Shown here piece after piece: positions 30,936 through 41,845 of a stretch of 64,000 nucleotides of DNA; the stretch's first letter is position 1, and each line of letters opens with the position of its first letter. The stretch lies in the NCBI GenBank assembly GCA_963810275.1, contig CAWENF010000017.1:1-64000 (forward strand), read 5' to 3'. The DNA is from an uncultured archaeon. GTDB lineage: Archaea; Thermoproteota; Bathyarchaeia; Bathyarchaeales; Bathycorpusculaceae. The notes beneath the pieces were generated by a model. The model ran no database searches and was not told where the DNA came from. It worked only from the letters and a program-made list of their open reading frames with translations. The translations under genes were made by a program, and so were the position numbers.

Positions 30936-33560
30936 TTACTTTTTGCGAAGAGCAACTATCAATATGGCGATGCCCATAATCACTATAACTGCGATTATGG
31001 CGCCTGACATGGGTAGGAAGTATTCGTCAGCCATTGATGGTGTAGGTTCAGCTGTTGGTACGGTTGTTGCAGCATTGTCCACATAGATTCCTGTTTGAGC
31101 ACTAGAAGGATAGTACGATCCTGTGCCGGTAAAGCTTGCCATAACGGTATATTCTCCTGCAACTTCTGGTGTGAAGACCATCTTGAATGCGCCGCTGATG
31201 TCAGTGGTTGTTGTGCCTACTGGGTAATAGTTACCGTTGGGGTCAACTACGCTGACTGTAACGTCAACACCGGTAGCATTTGTTGGTTTCTCTTGATCCA
31301 TGTAGACGTATTCCATCCATGCTGCCTGACTTCCATCAGACATAGCTGGAACGCCACTTGGGAACCGGAACGCCTGCTCACTTTGCGCTGTACCTGAAGA
31401 GATGTCAATGACAGTTCCTTCAACAATCACTTTATCTCCTTCCATAGAGACCTTAGGTGAAGCTGTCACGGATGTCTGGCTTGGACCTTTAGCAACTGCA
31501 TAGAGTTGATTGTCATAGTAGTTGTAGTAAACCAATGTTCCATCTGCTAGTACTGCTGTTGATAAGCCTTGTCCGCCGGTTTGTCCTGACCAGCTAAGCA
31601 TCTTGTAAATTTCAGACCCATCAGTAGCATTAATGCAGTAGATACTATAGCCTTTGTATAGTGGACTGTTTGGAGAGTGCTCATTGTTAAATGCATAGAC
31701 TTTGCCATCAGCGATAGCTCCGATAAAGATTGGCATCAAACCCCATGCTGTATCAACACCACTACTTGTATTGTTGTATTTCCAGAGGGTTTCACCTGTT
31801 AAGGTATCAATGCAGAACATTTCTCCACCAAAACCTTGAGTGTAGAGATTTCCGTATGCTGTTGTGCATCTTTGACCTGCACCTGAACCGCTGCTAAAGA
31901 ACTGCATTGGCCGGATATCTTCATGAGTTGCCCATATTTGATTTCCGTTGTCCAGGCTGTAGCCTTGATATTGCATATCTTCTGCGGTAGTTGTGGTCCA
32001 AACACGGTTTACTGGATCAAGTGGACCAAGGTTTAGTGTCATGTTGTTTGAGGGTGCATTGTATGATTTCTTCCAAAGCAGACTGCCGATGCTGCTATCT
32101 TCTAAGCTTAGTGTCCATACTTGGTATGGGCTAGCTGTGCCTCTTTCTCGTAGGACGCCTGGTGCGAGTGATGGTGTTGTTCCAAGCAAGATGTCGCCGG
32201 GTATTACATACTGTATAGTTGGGTTTTCTGATGCTAATGCGCCTGTTAAGTCTGCATTGATAGTGACGTTCCATGAGTATGCTTCGCTTGCGTCGATGAC
32301 TTTACCGACTGGTCTGTACTGTAGTGCGTTGCTTCCAGATCCTGGCGGGCTACGTGGAACATCGTCTGCTGCAGTCCAGTTCCAAAGAGATAGCCAGCCT
32401 GATTTTGCAGTATTGTCGTAGCTAAATACGTATTTGACGATTTCACCCTGGTTCGTGTATGCAGTTGTTCCTGTTGGGACACCTGTGACGTTGAATAGCC
32501 ATTTACCAGTCAACGAATCCCAAGCTATCCAAGTGGAGCCAACTGCCTGCCATAGGTAGCCGTTTGGAATTGTGCCGTGCTGGTTTGGTGATTCGTAGGT
32601 GTAGAGTTCGCCAAATGTTGGGTTAATATCTGGGTTTGTCCAAATGATTTCGCCTGTGCGCAGATCTCTACAGGTGTAGTCTCCTGCGCCTGTTGCGCCT
32701 GTGCTTACTTCGTCGCTAAGGGGTGCTTTGTAGTATAGTCTGCCGTCGATGATGAGCGCGTTTTGGAATCTGCCTTCATATGAACCGCCTGAGTAGAAAG
32801 TTGCACCGTCAATACCTGTATTGATGCCGCCAACAACTCCGCCGTCTTCAAGAGGCGCAGTCCACATGATGTGTGGGCTATCTGGTCCAATTCCGCCTGT
32901 CTGCCACAAACTCATACCAGGCTGTTGGAATGTTCCAAAGTAGTTTGCACTTGAGGCATATGAAGAACTGCCGCTGCCTAACCACTGTGAACCTATTACG
33001 TACCAGTTGAAGTCTTCGCCATAAATTGGTCTACTCCAATATTCCGTTGGAAGCGCCGAGTTAGGTGTATAGGGAACTGGGTCTGCTTGAACGGTCAAAG
33101 TTGCGGTTGCGTTTGCTGCTAAGAAGACAACACCATAGTAAGCTGCGCTGCCTCCTTCTGCTGTTGTCCAGGTGTAGTTTTGTGCTGGGTAATAGAAGTC
33201 AAATGTGTAGGTTCCTTCTTGATCAGGAGTAAATGAAGCTGATTGAACACCAGTGGTGTCTGCAATACGATCCCAAGTTTCCTTGGTCACATGTCCGTCT
33301 GGAGCTGTTATGGTTAGTTGATAATCATGTCGTCTGATGTCGTTTGCTTCTGTTGCACTAGGTAGCGGTACATCAACGATCATAGCGATGTAAGTAGTTT
33401 GACCTACACCCACTGGATTAGGTTCAACGATAAGGTAGGCAAATGATGTCATTTCGTTGGAGGATTGAGCACTAGCGATTGGCAATGAAATTACAGGAAA
33501 AGCAATGAAAAAAGCAAGAATAGCTGCAAGTATTACTTGTTTTTTATTTGTATATTTCAT
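30936..33560 (-). CDS. secreted, membrane-anchored PQQ-binding-like beta-propeller protein
   Basis: signal peptide, PNPVGVGQ, repeated TGE..W blades, ADG..Y, GPS.T, C-terminal TM + RKK. Confidence 0.88.
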   Translation of the reverse strand: MKYTNKKQVILAAILAFFIAFPVISLPIASAQSSNEMTSFAYLIVEPNPVGVGQTTYIAMIVDVPLPSATEANDIRRHDYQLTITAPDGHVTKETWDRIADTTGVQSASFTPDQEGTYTFDFYYPAQNYTWTTAEGGSAAYYGVVFLAANATATLTVQADPVPYTPNSALPTEYWSRPIYGEDFNWYVIGSQWLGSGSSSYASSANYFGTFQQPGMSLWQTGGIGPDSPHIMWTAPLEDGGVVGGINTGIDGATFYSGGSYEGRFQNALIIDGRLYYKAPLSDEVSTGATGAGDYTCRDLRTGEIIWTNPDINPTFGELYTYESPNQHGTIPNGYLWQAVGSTWIAWDSLTGKWLFNVTGVPTGTTAYTNQGEIVKYVFSYDNTAKSGWLSLWNWTAADDVPRSPPGSGSNALQYRPVGKVIDASEAYSWNVTINADLTGALASENPTIQYVIPGDILLGTTPSLAPGVLRERGTASPYQVWTLSLEDSSIGSLLWKKSYNAPSNNMTLNLGPLDPVNRVWTTTTAEDMQYQGYSLDNGNQIWATHEDIRPMQFFSSGSGAGQRCTTAYGNLYTQGFGGEMFCIDTLTGETLWKYNNTSSGVDTAWGLMPIFIGAIADGKVYAFNNEHSPNSPLYKGYSIYCINATDGSEIYKMLSWSGQTGGQGLSTAVLADGTLVYYNYYDNQLYAVAKGPSQTSVTASPKVSMEGDKVIVEGTVIDISSGTAQSEQAFRFPSGVPAMSDGSQAAWMEYVYMDQEKPTNATGVDVTVSVVDPNGNYYPVGTTTTDISGAFKMVFTPEVAGEYTVMASFTGTGSYYPSSAQTGIYVDNAATTVPTAEPTPSMADEYFLPMSGAIIAVIVIMGIAILIVALRKK

Positions 33561-33786
33561 CTGTACTTTTCTCCTTTTAAGGTACGAGCCAGTAAGAAAA
33601 ATTTGCTTTTAAGCTTTTCTTAAAATTTTATAAATAACAATAAAATAACCAAAAAAGAGGATTACTATATATGAATAAAATCGCAAAAACATAACTATAA
33701 TAGTTTAAGTTTACCGTCAGTAGATTAACGAAGCTCCATAGAAAAAATAGGCTATCAAATAACTTACAATACGATTTAAAAAAATT

Positions 33787-34759
33787 CTAAAAAGTTGATA
33801 TATATTGATGAGAAGACGGCCAAACTGAGGGGACTTTAAAAAAAGCTGATTCTACTTTTCCAACAACAGGAATTTGACTAAATTTTTCAGTTAAAGAAAA
33901 AAAAATCATATATGTCTCTAATAAACGCACAAACAAGTAAATCATAATCGCCACCACTGAACTTAACTAGATAGCTAATGTCTGGAATATTTGAAATTGT
34001 ATTCACAGCTTCAAGCAAATCATTAGTGCGTGACAGGGAAATTAGGAAGTGCACACCCGCTTTGTAGCCTATTAATTCAGGATTAATCTGAAGGCTCACT
34101 TTAATGAAATTATTAGAAACCAACCTATTATATCTCCGCTTCACAGTATCAGTAGAAGAAACAACGGCTTGTGCTATCTGGCTAAAAGTAGTACTTCCAT
34201 TCTCTCTTAGCTTATTCACTATTCTTAGGTCTAAATCATCAAATGTGGGCTGAATTGTTCCGGATGTGGATTTTTTAAATCGATGCCTTATAGAGTTTTC
34301 AGGGAGAAACTTCATAGTAAGATTTTCTGGAAAATTTCTTACGTTAGTCCAGAGAAGAGCATTTGCACCGTCAACATGACGACATTTATTAATCATTTCA
34401 GAAACATTCGCAAGCTCTTTTATGCTCTTTAACATTGTAACAGTCATAACTGTATGATTAGAACCATAAGAAATACGCGAAGCCAAACTATGATTTTTTT
34501 CCAAATAATCGAAAACTTGCTCTGCATGCTGTGGTTCAGAACGAATTAGAATAGAGGTTATACCCTGATAACCAAAAAGGGAATAATTAAACTGGATAGT
34601 CGAACCAACGATAATTCCAGCTTGCTCCATTTCGCTAAAATGCTTGGAAACCTTAGCAGTTGAAATGTTGTTAGCTTTGGCTATCGAAGTGAAATTTTTC
34701 CGCCCATCCTGAAGGAGTTCTTTGAGAACTAGAGCGTCAAGTTGATCGAGGTGTTTCAT
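33787..34759 (-). CDS. tandem Lrp/AsnC transcriptional regulator (3' end frameshifted in homopolymer)
   Basis: two LDxLD...DGR/NGS..F..IA HTH repeats; reading continues in other frames to ...QYISTF* at 33787. Confidence 0.85.
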
Positions 34760-35069
34760 TATGACCCTAACTTCTCGGTAAACTAAATGAACATAACCAA
34801 TTAATTACTATTATCTTTGACATTAACACAAGACAGCAATAAAACTAGTACCGATTTATCGCCTCTACTAAAAAGAAGCGTTCATGAGTCTAAGCTTGTG
34901 CGAATATCAACCGGGCCATTTGAAACAGCATATGCAACACATTCTTCAATGGTACGTAAATAAACGCTAAACGCAATACAGGTTCAAATTTATCAACATT
35001 TCTCAAAGGGAATAGTTTAAGGTGGGAGATATAAAAATAGAAAAAAACAGTATAGATTCGTGAATATGA

Positions 35070-35146
35070 TGGCGCCGCTGAAAGGACTCGAACCTTTGAC
35101 CTACTGATTAACAGTCAGTTGCACTACCGGGCTGTGCAACAGCGGC
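35070..35146 (-). tRNA. tRNA-Asn(GTT)
   Basis: full cloverleaf GCCGCTG...ACTGA-CTGTTAA-TCAGT...TTCGAGT...CAGCGGC-G-CCA, 77 nt. Confidence 0.97.
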
Positions 35147-35186
35147 AACCATTGTTGTGCTCTCCACCTTTGGTTTCCACGAAAGT

Positions 35187-35227
35187 ATTTAAGCATAACT
35201 CCCGCCCCCGAAAATAGTATTGAAAAA
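35187..35227 (+). repeat. 41-bp imperfect direct repeat, copy 1 (tRNA-Asn/integrase divergent promoter region)
   Basis: 35 of 41 positions match 43771-43811. Confidence 0.75.
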
Positions 35228-35274
35228 CCTACTTTGAATTCGAAAAATGTTATTTGCTTGGGAGGTGTTATCTC

Positions 35275-36659
35275 TTGAGCAAGATAACTGATAACATACT
35301 TGTCTGGCTTAAAAGTTTTCCATCATCATTAAAATGGATAAATTCAATAAAATCCAAAGAGACACTCAATATTTACAGTAAAAACTTCTATATGTACTGC
35401 AACGCCGTAAACAAAAACCCAGAGGAACTAATAGCACTTAAAATTGAAGGGCTAAAAAACGTAGCAACTACAATTGAATTTCAAGCCGAGGATCTCCTTG
35501 ACAACTTCTTGTATAACGAAAACAACCCTTTAACGATTAACATCAAATTCTCAGTACTAAACACCGTCAAGAGCTTTTATAATGCCAACAGAAGGGAACT
35601 AAACAAAGTTGGCGAAAACATCACTAGAACAGAGCCACAACGAAGAACCCCAAAAATGAAAGACATACTAGAAATGGAAGAAGCAATGACTTACCAAAGG
35701 GATAAAGCGATACTATGGTTTATTGAAAGTACATCTTGCAGAGCGGGCACTATCACCAAGTTGTACCGCAAAGACCTAAAAGCAACATCCGAATTGCTCA
35801 AAACAGCTAGGGATGAGGCGTTAGGGCAAATCACAATAGCAGCCGACGAAGATATCCAAATAGCCAAAGATGTTCCTACTACATGGTCATTGAAGCTGAA
35901 AGACTAAAAGGCGGCGGCAAAGGAAAGTACCGAGGTACAAAACAAATATGCTTTGTTCATTCACTTGCTGCAAAAAAATTAAAGCGCTACGATGAAGAAT
36001 TGAAAAAACGGGGCATAGAAATAGCGCCCGAATCCCCGATATTTGTGGCGCTATAAAGCAACCAGCACAACAAAAAAGGCGAAGGCTAACACAACTTCAA
36101 TCTATTTTTTGGGAGTCTTCAATGGCGGCATGGGGCGGTCAAGAAGGCAAAGGCTTTTCAGCCCATGATTTACGAGACGTGTTGCAGGGTGCGCTGGAGA
36201 ACGCCAATATACATGTCACGTAGCATCACCAATGTTAGCACACAAAGTCAAAGGCGTCGATAAGCATTACAGTAACCATGATATTGAAGAATTCTTGTTA
36301 GCTTTCCGCAAGGCTTTGCCTTGGCTACTACCGCATACAATTGAGCAGACTAACGCTCAGATAATTGATGAGCAAAAGCGCATAGCCCAGCTTGAAAACG
36401 ATTTAGCCTCAATGCAAAAACAGTATTCAGCACTGTTTGCAAGAACCAAGCCATTAATCGATCGTATTGATGAAATTGCAGATTTTCTTGATAAAGAGAT
36501 GAGGAAAAGTGGGCTGAAGAAGAAGTCAAACTTCAAGAGTACGAAGATGAAGAGTTGTCGCGGCTGAATGATGAATTTAAGAAAACACAAGGACCAATTG
36601 ATTGGGCTGAAGTTAGGAAAGCCAGAGCAAAATTGAGAGCAGGCAAGGACAAAAAATAG
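35275..36659 (+). pseudogene. tyrosine recombinase/integrase, multiply frameshifted
   Basis: catalytic R (STSCRAG), HDLR, LAHK and KHYS found in successive frames; GGAGGTG SD before TTG 35275; adjacent to tRNA-Asn. Confidence 0.85.
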
Positions 36660-36905
36660 GCTTCACTAGCGAACTGGGAAGCCTTCAGAAATGGACTTAG
36701 TAGTGAGGACGAAAAATCTGCTTTTGACTCAGTCATGGATTTAATTAGAAATCAAGCTTTGGCTGGAAGCAACGCATGCAATCCTATCTTGTTTGAGCCT
36801 ATGGTGATGAGTGCACTTTTAGGACAGCAAAAGCAGATTCGCACGTTGCAAAGGAAAATTGATGCTTTACTGGTTTCAACGCTTCCTATCGAGAAAGCTG
36901 AATGA
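36660..36905 (+). pseudogene. N-terminally truncated small protein resembling the PolB2-associated family (arCOG07300-like)
   Basis: WEAFRNGLSSEDEKSAFD..MD...A.AGSNA..P.LFEPMVMSALL.QQK; no start codon at the expected place. Confidence 0.5.
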
Positions 36906-36973
36906 AATATGACCACTCAATTAACGCTTTATCAAATTTTTTCTTAATGATGTTTCTATTGCACTTGAAATGT

Positions 36974-37197
36974 TTATGATTTGGATAGGATCAAGTTTCC
37001 TTTGTCTTTTTCGTCAACAACTAAATTATTCTTCTTAGCATATTCTTCCAATTCATTGTTTTTTGTGCTTTAATTTTTATGACAAAGTTTCCTCTCTCTT
37101 GTTCATGAATAGAAACCCATGATGCATCAACCAAATTAGAAGCAATTATTTCTTTTAAAAAATCAACTGATTGTTTTCTATCCAAAGCAATCAACAT
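36974..37197 (-). pseudogene. small hypothetical protein (one frameshift), paralog of 41018-41245
   Basis: DRKQSVDFLKEII...GNFVIKI...EYAKKNNLVV...LILSKS. Confidence 0.5.
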
Positions 37198-37499
37198 TCC
37201 TCATTTCAACAGATTCAATATTTAAGGTTTACTCATTTGATGTACCTTCATTTCTGATATATTCAAAAAGTAAATAAATACAGCTCTATATTAATCATTT
37301 GATTAGTAATTTTCTGGTTATTATCTCCCTAAAAAACATAGATGCCAGATGATTTTCGGGAAATTATCTATCATCAAAGCATATAAAATACCAATTTCGG
37401 AATTGTTTCTCTCTATGGATGTCAATTTCGTGAAGACCTTTGCCCCTGCGTTACAAACGACACAGATATTGAATGTTACTTGTTAGACCAAATTACCGT

Positions 37500-40220
37500 T
37501 TATTGCTTGGGAGGCAAACGCACTGCGAATTTTGTACCTTTTCCCTCGCTGCTTTCAAAAGAAACGGTTCCACCTAAGCCTTCAGTCATGCGTTTAACCA
37601 CTGCCAAACCGAACCCTTGACCTTTAGATTTAGTCGTCATCATCGGAGTAAACAACTTCGGCTTTATGCCTTCAGGAATACCAACTCCAGTATCCTTAAA
37701 GGTTATCAAAACATCACCCGTGGTCTTATCGGCATACGCATGAATCTTCAATTTACCGCCTTCGGGCATAGCCTGGACAGCGTTCAAGGTTAAATTGGCG
37801 GCTATACGCTTAAGGTAGTCAGGGTCAGCCATAATCCTTTTTGCCTCACCCTCTATGTCAACAGAAACCTTGATGTTTTTGGGAACACCGTTCCTTGATA
37901 AAATCTCATTGAAGACCGATTCTACGTCTGTTTCTTGTGCTTGTGGATTTAGCGGTCTTGCGTAGTCTTGGAGGTCGGCAACAATCTTGTTGATGTAATC
38001 TATGTTGTTTTGGATTTCGTCTAGACTTTCGAGTGCATTTGTTTTATTTTCATTTTCTGGGAGCTCTGATAGCTCGGATTTAGCTAAGAAAAGATCACCC
38101 GTTATAGCCTGTAGCGGATTACGGATGTCATGTCCAACCATACCTGCCGTAGCGCCGATAGCGGCTAAACGCTCAGCATTCTTCAGCTGTGCGGCTCTGT
38201 TGTTTGCTAGCTCTTCCATTTGATTAGCGTATTCTTCAACACGAACGGCAGACTCTTCGAGCTTAGTCTGCAACTCTATTCGCTGAGTAATATCGACATT
38301 CGACTCCAACATCTCAATAATTTTGCCATTCCCATCAAACTTTGCCAGCCAAAAACTCTGCAAAACTAACCTATCACCATTTTTGCATGTGTGGAAGATT
38401 TCGCCTGACCATTTTCCATCCAGTTTTAGCTTTTTCAGAATCGTTTCTGAGGGTAGTGGAAATTCTGTCTTTAAGAGCTCGTTGATATCTTGTCCGATGG
38501 CTTCGTTTTTAGTCAAGCCGTACAGTTTCTCTGCACCCTTACTCCAAAAAGTAATTGTGCCATCGAGCTTTCTGACAATTATGGCATCAGGACTCAAATC
38601 GATAAGCTCGGCTTGCCTTGCAACTGCTTCTTCAGCTTTTTTTCGCTCAGTAATGTCTCTAAATATTAGAACAACGCCTGTGATTTTGCCGTCTTTGTCT
38701 TTGATGGGTGCTCCACTGTCATCAATGGGAACCTCAGAGCCATCTTTTCTAACGAGAAGGGTGTGGTTAGCTAAGCCGCAAACTATTCCTTCTTTAAGAA
38801 CTCGATCAATTGGGCTTTCAACCTCTAATCGAGTCTGCTCATTTATAATTCTAAACACTGACTTTACTGGCTTAAGTGAGGTTTCAACTAGCATCCAACC
38901 AGTCAATTCCTCAGCTTTATTGTTCATAAACACAATGTTTCCTGACAAGTCAGTTGCTATGACAGCGTCACCAACACTTACCAAAGTCGTTGCCCAACGC
39001 TGCTCACTTTCCTGTAACGCCATTTCAGTGCGTTTCATGTCAGTTAAATCAATAGTTGCGCTCGCTACCCCAATTATCTTACCATTGGAATCATAAAGAG
39101 GTGACCAGGTTACATCCAAAAAGATTGGGCCAGATGACCTATTGTACCATTGCTGCTCACGTAATTCAACTCCTTCTTTTAGAACCCTGCGCTTGATAAC
39201 ATCCAAGCGTGCGGCTTCTTCGGGTGTGAAGATTTCTTTGTCTAGTTTACCTATAATTTCATTGGGCTTTGCAGTTTTTTGATTATATGCCCAAATATAC
39301 CTAAGCGTACAGTCTTGTACCGCAACTGATACTGGGGCGTTTTTCAGGGCAACACGGAACCGTTCCTCACTTAAGTGCAAAGCTTCTTCAACTTTCTTGC
39401 GTTCAGTAATATCCATAAATGCCGCAAGACAACCTCGAACATTTCCTTCATTAGTAAGAAGTGGCTTAGCGCTACCTAATATTGTCATTTTTCTTCCACT
39501 CGGCGCCAAGACCTCCAGCTCAGAGTTTTTGATTTCTTTATTTTTAAAAGCTGCCTCTTGCATAGGTAGCTCTTCAGGCTGGAGTTCTTTGCCATCCTTG
39601 AAAAATCGCCTTGTTGTATCTTTTTCTCCTCCCCTGGCTGATCCTGCGGAAACATTTTCGCCTCCTGCTGCTTCATAGAATTGGTTAGCAGTTTTATTGC
39701 CTACGATAACCTTGCATTGTGGGTCGTTAGATACCCAAATTGCGGCTGGAATTATATCCATAAGCTTTTGTAGTTCTTCTGCGCGTTGGCGGGATTGTTC
39801 TTCACTTTGTTTCAGAGCTTCTTCAGCTTTCTTGTATTCAATAGTGTCACGGCCAATTCCGACGACCACTTGCGCTTCCACTAATGGACGGAAATTCCAT
39901 GATATCCACCTGTATGAGCCGTCTTTGCAGCGGTATCTATTTTCGAAGGCAGTCGCGTTAGTGCCTGATTTGTGGGCATTAGCTTCAGCAAGGCTCCGTT
40001 CTATATCATCAGGGTGTAAAAAATCTTGAAATGACTTTGAGATTACTTCTTCTTTTTTCCAACCAAGTATTCGCTTAAAAGAGGGATTCACGAGCTTTAT
40101 TCGCAAGTCAAATCCGATAAGAATCATCATGTCTAGAGAGTTATCAAAAAATAGCTCAAGTTGTGGTCCCGTTGGTTTACTTGAATCATTAGAGCCAAGA
40201 GCACCTTTAGAGAATCCCAA
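37500..40220 (-). CDS. multi-PAS sensor histidine kinase
   Basis: several PAS/PAC repeats (HPDD, DITERKKAEE), H-box HDIRNPL, N-box NAVQAM, DTGVG, GQGFGL. Confidence 0.93.
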   Translation of the reverse strand: MGFSKGALGSNDSSKPTGPQLELFFDNSLDMMILIGFDLRIKLVNPSFKRILGWKKEEVISKSFQDFLHPDDIERSLAEANAHKSGTNATAFENRYRCKDGSYRWISWNFRPLVEAQVVVGIGRDTIEYKKAEEALKQSEEQSRQRAEELQKLMDIIPAAIWVSNDPQCKVIVGNKTANQFYEAAGGENVSAGSARGGEKDTTRRFFKDGKELQPEELPMQEAAFKNKEIKNSELEVLAPSGRKMTILGSAKPLLTNEGNVRGCLAAFMDITERKKVEEALHLSEERFRVALKNAPVSVAVQDCTLRYIWAYNQKTAKPNEIIGKLDKEIFTPEEAARLDVIKRRVLKEGVELREQQWYNRSSGPIFLDVTWSPLYDSNGKIIGVASATIDLTDMKRTEMALQESEQRWATTLVSVGDAVIATDLSGNIVFMNNKAEELTGWMLVETSLKPVKSVFRIINEQTRLEVESPIDRVLKEGIVCGLANHTLLVRKDGSEVPIDDSGAPIKDKDGKITGVVLIFRDITERKKAEEAVARQAELIDLSPDAIIVRKLDGTITFWSKGAEKLYGLTKNEAIGQDINELLKTEFPLPSETILKKLKLDGKWSGEIFHTCKNGDRLVLQSFWLAKFDGNGKIIEMLESNVDITQRIELQTKLEESAVRVEEYANQMEELANNRAAQLKNAERLAAIGATAGMVGHDIRNPLQAITGDLFLAKSELSELPENENKTNALESLDEIQNNIDYINKIVADLQDYARPLNPQAQETDVESVFNEILSRNGVPKNIKVSVDIEGEAKRIMADPDYLKRIAANLTLNAVQAMPEGGKLKIHAYADKTTGDVLITFKDTGVGIPEGIKPKLFTPMMTTKSKGQGFGLAVVKRMTEGLGGTVSFESSEGKGTKFAVRLPPKQ

Positions 40221-40602
40221 TAAAGTTTACCTTATCAGCTAAACTACTTTTTTGTAGATAAGACTTACGCCTTTTAACAGGTTTATTTTCAATCGTAGAT
40301 AACGAGTAGTCCACTCAATGTATAAGGAATTAGTTCGGTCAGAAATTTTTTCCGGAAATTTCCGGACGCACCCATGAAAGCAGACTTAGAGGTTCCGCAG
40401 ATTTAACATTTTTGGGCAAGTGGATTCTCAGTAAACGGATTTTCTGACTTTCCTTGACTGTGGCTCCGCATCCGTTGAAGTTTTCGGGCATAAGGCTTTC
40501 AATAAATTAGGGGGTATAGAGGGGGTCAGAAAAGGTCTTCAGTCTGAAAGCTAATCATCAGAACCGATAAAAACAAACAGATAATATCTGAGTTAATTGT
40601 TT

Positions 40603-40728
40603 CTATGCCACCAAATTTGTGGAAGAGTTTAGCGCCCTTTTGAGCATCTTGGCAACTTTGGCGTCACTAATTTCTGAGGAAGTAACGTTTAGTACGTCGT
40701 GTACATCGTCAGGACAAACAGAAACCAA
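40603..40728 (-). pseudogene. short remnant, possibly virion head-completion protein N-terminus
   Basis: GGGGTGA SD + TTG; VSVCPDDVHDVLNVTSSEISDAKVAKMLKRA then early stop. Confidence 0.3.
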
Positions 40729-41017
40729 GCATATCACCCCACATCAATTCAATACCTACCATTAACAGAAACAAGAAACGAAACAGCAACGGCCCCTTGA
40801 GGGAGTCGTTATTAAAATCGCAGGATTGTTTAAATATAGTAACTCAGCATCGGCAGATCTCACGCGATCAACGACAGTTAGGCCTGCCATAACCTGAATA
40901 TTAATTAAATCACCATACATTACATGATTCACAAATAAATTATTGAGACTGCTACGTGATATTTTCAGTGTACCCATATTTATGCTGTTTTTGATGTAAA
41001 TTGGGATTTAGAACGAA

Positions 41018-41245
41018 CTATAGTTTACTGATAACGCAATAGACTTTTTCTGAATCCTTTTTTATGACAAAGTTTCTTTCAGCTAAAAATTGCTTTAACG
41101 ATTCATGGTCGCAGTCTGCGTTCAATTTGATATCAAATTTGCCATGCTTGTTTTCGCACAACTCTACATAGGAGGGAGTAAACAGACTAAGCGCTAACAT
41201 TTCCTTTAGCAATACTACGGCCTCTTTTCGTAGCATGATATACAT
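41018..41245 (-). CDS. small hypothetical protein
   Basis: 75-aa ORF MLRKEAVVLLKEM...; paralog at 36974. Confidence 0.65.
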   Translation of the reverse strand: MYIMLRKEAVVLLKEMLALSLFTPSYVELCENKHGKFDIKLNADCDHESLKQFLAERNFVIKKDSEKVYCVISKL

Positions 41246-41379
41246 CCCCAGACAACTAAGCGGTTGTCAGAATATTTAATTGTTTGGGGAAGGCAATACT
41301 GCCTTTTTAGGACAAAGGAAGACTTTTATCTTATTATACCGTGTACCAATTTAGAAGATATTTTACTCTTGGTGTTTGC

Positions 41380-41505
41380 ATGGCTAAATGCCCTAACTGT
41401 GGAAAAGAAATCTCTCAAGCTACAAAGATACTTCAAAACCATGTATTTCGCATAGAAAATTTCAAATGTGATTGTGGAAACTCTTTTAGTTTATCTTTTT
41501 TTTAA
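41380..41505 (+). CDS. CPxCG zinc-finger microprotein (41 aa)
   Basis: MAKCPNCGK...FRIENFKCDCGNSF; below ORF-track cutoff; paralog at 44775. Confidence 0.65.
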   Translation: MAKCPNCGKEISQATKILQNHVFRIENFKCDCGNSFSLSFF

Positions 41506-41734
41506 GCGGGAATAGCCAATTGCTCTCTGAGAAAGCCCAAATTCGAAGTTTCGCATTCACTCGTTTAGAAAGTTGATTTGGTAAATCCGCAGAAAAAAGA
41601 AAGGAAGGTTTTAGGTGCAGATTTTTGTGATGGCGTCTTGTATGACGATTTTGGGTTCTTGCCATTTGCGGATGATATAGCCGTCGAAAAGGAAAAAGAA
41701 GGGTTGTTTGTGCGGTATAAAAGTGGAAGTGGGT

Positions 41735-41774
41735 TGGCGCCGCTGAAAGGACTCGAACCTTTGACCTACTGATT
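41735..41774 (-). mobile_element. 40-bp duplicate of tRNA-Asn 3' half (att-like)
   Basis: identical to 35070-35109; no D-arm or 5' acceptor strand. Confidence 0.9.
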
Positions 41775-41812
41775 GACAAGTCGTGGTGGATGTGACATTA
41801 ACAATTGTCAAT

Positions 41813-41836
41813 GTTCAAACCCTGCCCTCCGCACCA
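41813..41836 (+). mobile_element. tRNA-Leu-like 3'-end relic (att-like)
   Basis: GTTCAAAC-CCTGC-CCTCCGC-A-CCA = T-loop, T-stem, acceptor, A73, CCA; GCGGAGG-type acceptor is typical of archaeal Leu. Confidence 0.7.
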
Positions 41837-41845
41837 CCATGTTAA

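Noticed and set aside
40762-40977. Possible capsid-protein remnant
   Set aside because: Resemblance too weak to support without a profile search
41735-41836. Split, permuted or intron-containing tRNA
   Set aside because: No 5' half or clear bulge-helix-bulge; an intact tRNA-Asn exists; att relics are the simpler explanation
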